64,000 bases of DNA from an uncultured Planctomycetota bacterium (GTDB taxonomy: Bacteria; Planctomycetota; PLA2; JAEUHO01): the NCBI GenBank assembly GCA_963752285.1, contig CAVVXN010000005.1, positions 2,080,001-2,144,000 of the forward strand. The letters are read 5' to 3'. Numbering within the stretch: the first letter of the stretch is position 1; each line of letters starts with the position of its first letter. The position numbers were made by a program, and so were the translations under genes. Shown here one piece after another: positions 56,938 through 64,000 of this stretch. The notes under the pieces were generated by a model that saw only the letters and a list, made by a program, of their open reading frames with translations, did no database searches and was not told the DNA's origin.

Positions 56938-57960
56938 ATGGAGTACGTCCCCAAGGCCTGCGGCTTCGTCCTCGTCCGCGAGGGAAACGAGGGGTGGGAG
57001 TACCTGCTCCTCACGAACGCGAAGCACGGCACGCCGGGGCTACCGAAGGGCCACGTCCAAGAGGGGGAAACGGAGATGGAGACGGCCCTCCGCGAAGCGC
57101 GCGAGGAGACCGGGCTCCCGATCCTCCGCCCGGATCCCTGGTTCCGCACCGAGCTCCGCTACCCGGTCACGCGGAACGGGCGCGCCTACGAGAAGACGGT
57201 CGTGTTGTTCGTCGCCCGAACGGGGCACGAGGACGTGCTCCTCTCGGACGAGCACGCGGCGTACGCGTGGCTCCCGCTCTACGACGCGCTCCAGGGCCTG
57301 CCCTTCGAGAACGTCCGGCGCGCGGTACGCGAGGCAGCGCTCTTCCTGAAGGACGCCGTGCTCTTCGAGGTCGAACCGGCCTCGGCGGTCGATGCGGAGG
57401 AGCACCTGAAGACCCTCCCGGGAGCGAACGAGGACCTGCTCGCGCACGTCCGCGGGGGCGCGGTCCTCGCGCGGGCCTTCGCGCGGCAGCTCATGGCCGC
57501 GGGACGGCGGGTGCACGAGGAGGCGACCGCGGCGGGCGCGCTGCTCCACGACGCGGGGCGATTCCTCGGCCGGCACCGCGACCACCAGCTCGCGGGCCTC
57601 GAGCACCTGCGGTCTACGGCGCTCGCGCCCTACGGCTTCGCGTGCATCTCGCACTTCACGAAGGGCGCGCTCCCCGAGGAGCTGGCGCGCGCCGGCGTGG
57701 ACGAGGAGACCCTCGCCGCGTTCCGCCGGGGGGTGGACCTCTCGACCCTCACGTGGGAGGAGCACTGCGTGGCCCTCGCGGACGCCTGCATGCGCCAGGG
57801 CGATCCGACGCCGCCGCGGGTGCGCTTCGAGGACCTGCGGAAGCGCTACGACAGTCCCGCGATCGTGGACCTCCAGGAGCGACGCACGGACGCCATCCGC
57901 CGGACGATCGAGGCCGCGAGCGGCGAGGACCCGCTGAAGCTCGTGGGCCTGGCGGGCTGA
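56938..57960 (+). CDS. NUDIX (Ap4A-hydrolase-like) plus HD-domain fusion protein
   Basis: PKGHVQEGETEMETALREAREETG, LSDEH...W; H...LLHDAGR...H...SH...EE..VALAD. Confidence 0.85.
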   Translation: MEYVPKACGFVLVREGNEGWEYLLLTNAKHGTPGLPKGHVQEGETEMETALREAREETGLPILRPDPWFRTELRYPVTRNGRAYEKTVVLFVARTGHEDVLLSDEHAAYAWLPLYDALQGLPFENVRRAVREAALFLKDAVLFEVEPASAVDAEEHLKTLPGANEDLLAHVRGGAVLARAFARQLMAAGRRVHEEATAAGALLHDAGRFLGRHRDHQLAGLEHLRSTALAPYGFACISHFTKGALPEELARAGVDEETLAAFRRGVDLSTLTWEEHCVALADACMRQGDPTPPRVRFEDLRKRYDSPAIVDLQERRTDAIRRTIEAASGEDPLKLVGLAG

Positions 57961-57980
57961 GGGGCCCCGGAGCGCAAGCG

Positions 57981-58541
57981 CTATCGATCCGAGGGCCCCT
58001 CTGCGTCCTCGGGGGCGACGACGGTCTGGGTAACGCCCGCGTCCCAGAACGCGTCCTGGACGAACGAGACGACCTCCGGCGCGGAGCTCATCGCGCCTCC
58101 GAGCGCGTGGATCACGCCGATGCTCTTGGCGGGGTCCTCGGCGCGGATCGCCTTCACGGCCTCCGCGAAGGACCGGGACACGCTCTCGTACTCGGGCTGG
58201 AGCCGGTTCCAGATGCCGTGGGCCTCGATCAGCTGGGTGTCGGGCGCGGGGTGGGCGAGGAGCCACTCGGTGCGGCCGAGGGTCAGGCGCGCGACGGGGA
58301 GCTGACCGGGCTTCGGCGGGATCGGCTCGAGCACGACCACGATCGCCTGCTCGGGCGCCACCTCCTCGTAGCGAAGGGGCCGGGGGAGCTTCGGGACGTG
58401 GTCCGCGCGGTCGCCGCGGGGTGAGAGCACGAGCTGGTCGAGGAGGACGAGGACCACCAGGGCCGCGCCGACACCCAGGAAGACCGTCCACCCGGTCCCC
58501 AGCCGGCGGCGCGGTCGCGGCACTCTCGGCACGAGTCCCAT
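57981..58541 (-). CDS. Single-TM hypothetical protein, weakly ExbD/TolR-like
   Basis: N-terminal TM. The C-terminal VIHA...VVSFVQDAFWDAGVTQ resembles an ExbD periplasmic domain. Confidence 0.55.
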   Translation of the reverse strand: MGLVPRVPRPRRRLGTGWTVFLGVGAALVVLVLLDQLVLSPRGDRADHVPKLPRPLRYEEVAPEQAIVVVLEPIPPKPGQLPVARLTLGRTEWLLAHPAPDTQLIEAHGIWNRLQPEYESVSRSFAEAVKAIRAEDPAKSIGVIHALGGAMSSAPEVVSFVQDAFWDAGVTQTVVAPEDAEGPSDR

Positions 58542-58694
58542 GCTGGCCGGGCGGGCCCGCTCCGGCAAGCGCACAGGCGGCCCTTGGCGGGCGGGCTGCG
58601 GTGGGCGCGACGCCGGGGCGCCGGGCGCCGCGGGGGATGGACGAGCGTCGGGTTGTACGATCGCGGCCCCGCGCGTCCGGGGTGGGGCGCGCGG

Positions 58695-60479
58695 GTGGTC
58701 GATCCCGTGGCGCCTCCGGCGGAGGGGCCCGATCCCGAGGTGCTCGTGAAGACCTTTCGTGCCGACGCGGTGGCGCTCCTCGCAGGCGCGTCCGGGCTGA
58801 GCGTGGAGCGGGTGGCGGGCCTCCTCGAGGAGGCGCCCCCCGAACGGGGCACGTTCGCGCTCCCGTGCTTCACCCTGTCGAAGGAGCGCCGGATGGCGCC
58901 CCAGAGGATCGCGACCGAGGTGGCCGCGGCCGCGCGGCCCTCGGGCCGCATCCGCGAGGTCCGCGCGGACGGGCCCTACGTGAACGTGGCCGTCGACCCG
59001 ACGGCGCTCGCGAGGGACACCCTCGGTCTCGTGCAGCACGAGGGGCGCGCGTTCGGAGGGAGCGACGAGGGACGCGGCCGGACCGTGGTCGTGGACTACT
59101 CGAGCCCCAACGTGGCGAAGCCCCTCGCGTTCCACCACCTGCGGTCCACGATGATCGGACACAGCCTCTGCGCGATCTATCGCGCCGGCGGGTGGCGGGT
59201 CGTGGGCGTGAACCACCTCGGAGACTGGGGCACGGGCTTCGGGAAGCTCCTGCTCGCGTGGGAGCGACACGGGGACGAGGCCGATCTCGCCGAACTCTCG
59301 CCCGGGGCGCTGAACGCGCTCTACGTCCGGATCAACCGGGAGATCGAGGAGGAGCGGAAGGCGGGGAGCACGGCGCTGGAGGAGGCCGCACGGGCCTGGT
59401 TCAAGCGCCTGGAGGACGGCGACGCGGATGCGCGGCGGCTCTGGCGCCGGTTCACGGAGATCAGCCGGGCGGAGTTCGATGCGGTCTACCGGCTTCTCGG
59501 GGTCGAGTTCGACCACGTCTGGGGGGAGTCGCACTACGAGGACCGCATGGACGCGGTCTTGGAGATGCTCCGGGACAAGGGGCTCCTCGAGACGAGCGAG
59601 GGGGCCGAGGTCGTGCGGCTGGACGGCGACGGGATGCCCCCGTGCCTGATCCGGAAGGCCGACGGGGCGACGCTGTACGCGACGCGGGATCTCGCAGCGG
59701 CGATGCTCCGGCACGAGGCCTTCCAGTTCGACCGGGCCCTCTACGTGACGGACCGCGGGCAGGCCCTTCACTTCCGGCAGCTCGTGCGCGTGCTCGAGAT
59801 GGCCGGCCTTTCGTGGGCGTCGTCCATCCGGCACGTCCCGTTCGGGGTCATCCGGATGGGCGGGAAGCGCGCGAAGACCCGGGAGGGGTCGGTCGTGCTC
59901 CTCGCGGACGTCCTCGAGGCCGCGATCCAGAAGGTGAGGGGCCTGATCTCGGAGAAGAACCCGGGGCTTTGCGACGCCGAGGGCGTGGCGGAGGACGTCG
60001 GGGTGGGCGCGGTCGTGTTCAACGACCTGAAGAACCGGCGGGAGACGGACATCGACTTCGACCTCGACCAGGTCGTGTCCTTCGAGGGCAAGACGGGTCC
60101 CTACGTGATGTACAGCCACGCGCGGGCGTGCTCGATCCTCCAGAAAGCCGGGGAGGCGGTGCGCCCCGCGGACCGGGTCCAGGCCGAGCTGCTCTCGGAC
60201 CCGACGGAGGAGATGCTGGTGCGCCTCGTGGCCTTCTTCCCCGAGCGCGTGGACCAGGCGCGCGAGAAGGACGAGCCGAGCGAGGTGGCGCGTCACCTCC
60301 TCGAGCTCTGCGAGGCGTTCCACGCGTACCACACGAAGGGTGGGCGGGACCGCACGCTCCGGGTCCTCGCAGAGGACGCGGAGACGCGGGCGGCGAGGCT
60401 CGTCCTCACGGACGCCGTGCGGCAGACGCTCGCGAGCGGGCTCGGACTCCTCGGGATCAAGGCGCCGGCCGCGATGTGA
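58695..60479 (+). CDS. argS: Arginyl-tRNA synthetase
   Basis: VDYSSPNVAKPLAFHHLRSTMIG, NHLGDWG, DGATLYATRDLA, GKTGPYVMYSHAR, ends in M. Start could alternatively be 58740. Confidence 0.96.
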   Translation: MVDPVAPPAEGPDPEVLVKTFRADAVALLAGASGLSVERVAGLLEEAPPERGTFALPCFTLSKERRMAPQRIATEVAAAARPSGRIREVRADGPYVNVAVDPTALARDTLGLVQHEGRAFGGSDEGRGRTVVVDYSSPNVAKPLAFHHLRSTMIGHSLCAIYRAGGWRVVGVNHLGDWGTGFGKLLLAWERHGDEADLAELSPGALNALYVRINREIEEERKAGSTALEEAARAWFKRLEDGDADARRLWRRFTEISRAEFDAVYRLLGVEFDHVWGESHYEDRMDAVLEMLRDKGLLETSEGAEVVRLDGDGMPPCLIRKADGATLYATRDLAAAMLRHEAFQFDRALYVTDRGQALHFRQLVRVLEMAGLSWASSIRHVPFGVIRMGGKRAKTREGSVVLLADVLEAAIQKVRGLISEKNPGLCDAEGVAEDVGVGAVVFNDLKNRRETDIDFDLDQVVSFEGKTGPYVMYSHARACSILQKAGEAVRPADRVQAELLSDPTEEMLVRLVAFFPERVDQAREKDEPSEVARHLLELCEAFHAYHTKGGRDRTLRVLAEDAETRAARLVLTDAVRQTLASGLGLLGIKAPAAM

Positions 60480-60525
60480 TGGGGTCTCAGCCCGGGGTCG
60501 GCGGGGAGCGCGGGGACGCCGCGCG

Positions 60526-60924
60526 TCAGCGCAGTGTCGAGATGTAGGCCTCGAGGGCGTTCAGGTCGTCGCTCCCGAGGTCGGGCGCCTTGCCCCTCGC
60601 CTTCTCCTCGATCATCTCGCGCATCTTCTGCTGGCCGGTGATGACTCTGTCCGCGTCCGGGTCGTACTTCGGGTACTCCTTCAGGCGGACCGAGCGCATC
60701 CGGTTGGGGCCCTGGCCGTGGCACTGGATGCACGCCTTCTGGCCTTCGACCCAGGGCTTGGACCAGAGGTCCCGGCCGTGCTCGACGGCGTCGTTGAGCT
60801 TCTTGCGGGCGACCTCGGGAGAGACGCGGGGATTGTCGCCCCGGGCAGCGCGCACGAAGAGCACGGCGCCAAGGAGCCCGGCCGCGAGCGGGACGGCGAG
60901 GACGAGAAGGGTAGAGCGGGTCAT
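60526..60924 (-). CDS. Exported monoheme c-type cytochrome, SoxA-domain-like
   Basis: Signal/TM segment, GRDLW, CIQCH, YPKY, ALEAYI. GGAGG RBS. Confidence 0.85.
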   Translation of the reverse strand: MTRSTLLVLAVPLAAGLLGAVLFVRAARGDNPRVSPEVARKKLNDAVEHGRDLWSKPWVEGQKACIQCHGQGPNRMRSVRLKEYPKYDPDADRVITGQQKMREMIEEKARGKAPDLGSDDLNALEAYISTLR

Positions 60925-61110
60925 GGGGACCTCCGGGGGGGCGGCACCGGCTTGCGAGGGGGAGGATCATAGGCGGGGGGGAGCGGGACCGAGGAGCGGG
61001 ACCCTGGCCCCCCCGGCCCGCGGCCAACGCTTCGGGCCAGGTACGCCCTCCGGTGCTACCTTCAGCCGTTTCCCGGCGCTCGCGGCCTACCGCGCGCCAG
61101 GCCCCCTCCC

Positions 61111-62367
61111 ATGCACTTCCACGGCACCGAGCCCGCCCAGGCCCTCCTCCCGCGCCCCCCGGCCGCGGCCGGGGCCCCCGTGCGCGTGGCCGAGGAGGGC
61201 GCCCCGCCCGGTACCCGGCGGCGGCTAAGGCTCCAGTTCCTCCGGGCCCTGCTTCGCGCTCTCTCGGACGACCAGACCTACGATCTCCGCCGGAACCCGA
61301 GCCTCGGGGTGGGCTTCCTGATGGCGATCCCGATCCCGGTGATCGCGTGGGCGGCGGGCTCCCCGGCCTGGCTCATGTGCCTCTCCCTGCCCGCCCCGCT
61401 CTTCTGGGCGGTGGTGGTCGGCGCGGCGGGGCGGGTCGGGATGAAGGCGGTCGAGCAGACGGAGAGGCTCCGGCACGAGATCGAGAAGACCCGGGTTCAG
61501 GCGCTCGCGGCGCAGGAGACCTACGAGGTCGCGCTCGACGAGGAGGTGCAGCGTCGCCGGGCGCTCGAGGTTCGAGAGCAGGAGGTCCTCTCCGAGCTCA
61601 AGCTTGCGGAAACCGTCCACCGCACGCTCGTGCCCGCGAGCCTCCAGCGGGAGGACGTCGAGGTCGCGGTCCGGCACATCCCGACGGAATTCGTCGGGGG
61701 CGACTACCTCTTCTCCGCCGTCGTGGACGACCGCTATCTCTATCTCGCGATCGGGGACGTCTCGGGCCACGGCGTGGCCGCGGCCCTGGTGGTGGCCCGG
61801 ATCCACGGGTTGATCCGCCGGCTGACGCTGGAGAACCGGTCTCGTCCCGTGACGATTCTCGAGCGCCTGAACCGGGCCACGGTCCAGATCTTCGAACGCA
61901 CCTACTTCTTCATGACCTTCGCGGTCTTCCGGCTGGACCTGCGCACGGGGCGCCTTCGGTACGCAACGGCCGGGCATCCCGCCCAGGCCCTCCTCCGGGC
62001 GAACGGCCGGGTCGAGCTCCTTCGCACGCCGAACCGCTTGCTCGGGATCGACAGCGACATCTTCGACGCCGCGCGTCCGTCGGACCACGTGGACCTCGCG
62101 CCGGGTGACAGCCTCGTGCTCTTCACCGATGGGCTCTTCGAGATCCTCAGCGGGAAGGACGGCCGGGTGCTGGGCGAGCAGGGCCTCCACGAGCGCATCG
62201 CGTCGCTCTCGGGGCTCACGCCGGCCCTGATCGCAGGCGAGATCCTGCAGGATCTCGCCGACTTCCAGGGCCGCTCGAAGTTCCCGGACGACGTGTCTCT
62301 GATGGTCGCGACCTACCGGGGCCCCGTGACCGAGACGCCGACCGACGTGGACGACCGCGAACCCTGA
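61111..62367 (+). CDS. Membrane PP2C/SpoIIE (RsbU-like) phosphatase
   Basis: Two TM segments, coiled coil, VGGDY, GDVSGHGV.AA, AGHP, FTDGL, DDVS. Confidence 0.9.
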   Translation: MHFHGTEPAQALLPRPPAAAGAPVRVAEEGAPPGTRRRLRLQFLRALLRALSDDQTYDLRRNPSLGVGFLMAIPIPVIAWAAGSPAWLMCLSLPAPLFWAVVVGAAGRVGMKAVEQTERLRHEIEKTRVQALAAQETYEVALDEEVQRRRALEVREQEVLSELKLAETVHRTLVPASLQREDVEVAVRHIPTEFVGGDYLFSAVVDDRYLYLAIGDVSGHGVAAALVVARIHGLIRRLTLENRSRPVTILERLNRATVQIFERTYFFMTFAVFRLDLRTGRLRYATAGHPAQALLRANGRVELLRTPNRLLGIDSDIFDAARPSDHVDLAPGDSLVLFTDGLFEILSGKDGRVLGEQGLHERIASLSGLTPALIAGEILQDLADFQGRSKFPDDVSLMVATYRGPVTETPTDVDDREP

Positions 62368-63383
62368 TGCACCTCGCGTACCCGCCTCGGCTCGCGCTCG
62401 CGAACACGCCGACGCCCCTCGAGCGCCTCGCACGGACGAGCGAACGTCTCGGGATCGACCTCTTCGTCAAGCGCGACGACCTGACAGGCGCCGCCCTCTC
62501 GGGCAACAAGGTGCGGAAGCTCGAGTACCTCGCGGCGGCGGCGCGCGAGGCGCGAGCCGACACGCTCGTCACCTGCGGCGCAGTCAACTCGAACCACGCA
62601 CGGGCCACCGCCGTGGTCGCCGCTCGCCTCGGGATGCGCTCGCACCTCCTCCTGCGGGGCGAGAATCGCTCCCCACCCGACGGGAACCTCCTCCTCGACC
62701 GTCTCCTGGGCGCTGGGACGACCTTCATCCCGCTCGAGGCCTGGCCCGAGCGCAATGCGCGCATGGAAGAGATCGGGGCGGACCTCGCCCGACGGGGCCG
62801 AGCCGCGTACGTGATCCCGGAGGGCGGCTCGAACGCCCTCGGGGCCCTGGGCTACGCCCGCGCGTTTACCGAGATCCTTGGCCAGACGGACGCGAACGGC
62901 CGTCGCCTACGCCGCATCGTCCACGCGGCCGGTAGCGGCGGCACGACCGCCGGCCTCGCGCTCGGTGCGGCGGCCCTCGGGCGCGACGACGTCGAGATCG
63001 TGGGCGTAGCGGTCTGCGACGACCGCGCCTGGTTCGACCAGCGCGTCACGCACATCCTGGACGAGGCCGTGTCCCGAGGGTTCACCGACACGGCCGTTCG
63101 AGCCAGGTGTCGATGGACGATCCTCGAGGGCCACAAGGGCCGAGGCTACGGGCTCACCACGACCGACGAGATCCGAGGCCTCGCCCGGCTCGCCCGGACC
63201 GAGGGTTTGATCCTCGACCCGGTCTACACGAACAAGGCGTTCGGAGGCCTCGAGGCCCTCGCGAGGAGCGAGGCTTGGGATGGGCGCGAAGCCACCGTGT
63301 TCCTCCACACCGGAGGGATCTTCGGGCTCTTCGCGCACGCCGCATCCATCGAGCAGATCGCCGGGGACGACCTGTTCTCCTGA
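62367..63383 (+). CDS. D-cysteine desulfhydrase / ACC deaminase family PLP enzyme
   Basis: PTPLE, KRDDL, SGNKVRKLEY, SNHARAT, PEGGSN, GSGGT, LDPVYT.K, HTGG. Confidence 0.92.
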   Translation: MHLAYPPRLALANTPTPLERLARTSERLGIDLFVKRDDLTGAALSGNKVRKLEYLAAAAREARADTLVTCGAVNSNHARATAVVAARLGMRSHLLLRGENRSPPDGNLLLDRLLGAGTTFIPLEAWPERNARMEEIGADLARRGRAAYVIPEGGSNALGALGYARAFTEILGQTDANGRRLRRIVHAAGSGGTTAGLALGAAALGRDDVEIVGVAVCDDRAWFDQRVTHILDEAVSRGFTDTAVRARCRWTILEGHKGRGYGLTTTDEIRGLARLARTEGLILDPVYTNKAFGGLEALARSEAWDGREATVFLHTGGIFGLFAHAASIEQIAGDDLFS

Positions 63384-63408
63384 GCGCCGAGCCGGGTCGT
63401 CCGGGGGC

Positions 63409-64000
63409 TCAACGCCCGTCGGCCTCCGGCGGCGGCCGGGGATCGACGGGCGTGCTTCCGGGCTTTCCGACCGACCGACCGGGCCGCTCGCCCGGGTCTC
63501 GATCCTTCCGCCCCGGCGGTCCGCGCCGCCCGGCGGGCTTCGGCGTCCTCCCGACCGCCCGGAGCAACCACCCCGGTCGATCGAGGTCCAGCGTCGAGTC
63601 CGGGGGCGGCTTCGGAACGAGCACGTGGCCCGTCTTCACGTCGAAGAAGACCGGCTGGTCGGCCCCGTTGAAGCGCAGGAGCTCGAGGTCCCCCCTGTCG
63701 TACGAAACGTGACACGACGGGCAACCCCACGCGAGGTCGCGCAGCTCTCGACCGCTCCCGAACCGGTGCGGTCTCAAATGACAGAGATCCACGGCCGGCC
63801 GCTCGCAAGCGCCGAACTCACAAAGTCCCCCCGAGCGCGCGGCGATGCCCCGCTCCGTCTCCGCGGCGACCCCGCGATCGTGAGGGCGAAGCTCAGTCGG
63901 CGGCATCCGACGCTTGCGCGGACGGACCGCCGCCGGATCGTGAGCGAGCCGATAAGAAAGCGCGAGCACCGACAGGAGCTGCCCGTTGTCGAGCTGGCGC
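63409..64000 (-). CDS. HNH endonuclease-signature protein (C-terminal part; 5' end lies beyond the window)
   Basis: RSGGLCEFGAC...DLCHLRPH..G......L...CPSCHVSYD. The frame is open to the window end. Confidence 0.75.
   Translation of the reverse strand, partial: RQLDNGQLLSVLALSYRLAHDPAAVRPRKRRMPPTELRPHDRGVAAETERGIAARSGGLCEFGACERPAVDLCHLRPHRFGSGRELRDLAWGCPSCHVSYDRGDLELLRFNGADQPVFFDVKTGHVLVPKPPPDSTLDLDRPGWLLRAVGRTPKPAGRRGPPGRKDRDPGERPGRSVGKPGSTPVDPRPPPEADGR

Noticed and set aside
1..64000. tRNA, rRNA, integrase, transposase or reverse transcriptase genes
   Set aside because: No recognisable motifs were found by eye. Absence was not confirmed by a search.

Overview
This is a very GC-rich (about 75% by eye) bacterial chromosomal segment. 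Gene content (ECF sigma factor with a long C-terminal extension, kinase with an FGE-like domain, many carboxypeptidase-regulatory-like and TPR/HEAT proteins) suggests a Planctomycetota-like organism, which is inference only. About 55 genes are supported. They include a sensor kinase and a Ser/Thr kinase-like protein, a 2-oxoacid oxidoreductase operon with a gamma+GltD-like+ferredoxin fusion, priA, a type IV pilus/competence cluster (dprA, pilin, pilC, pilB, pilT, two OmpA-domain lipoproteins, pilD, acetyltransferase, PilZ), ssb, an acyl-CoA synthetase, metG, an acyl-CoA/B12-mutase accessory cluster, pyrK, a NUDIX-HD fusion, argS, a cytochrome c, a PP2C phosphatase, a D-cysteine desulfhydrase family enzyme and a partial HNH protein. 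I recognised no tRNA, rRNA, cas or transposase genes. Four signals stand out. (1) A 92-bp tandem array re-copies the ssb C-terminal tip (APVDDDIPF) with variable stop codons. (2) A palindromic 36-nt array between metG and an acyl-CoA dehydrogenase is flanked on both sides by strand-consistent A/T-ending codons. (3) PilD carries a PilZ-like insertion. (4) A GGA-dense repeat leader precedes the OmpA-pilT-pilB-pilC genes. All calls are by-eye motif recognition; no searches were run.
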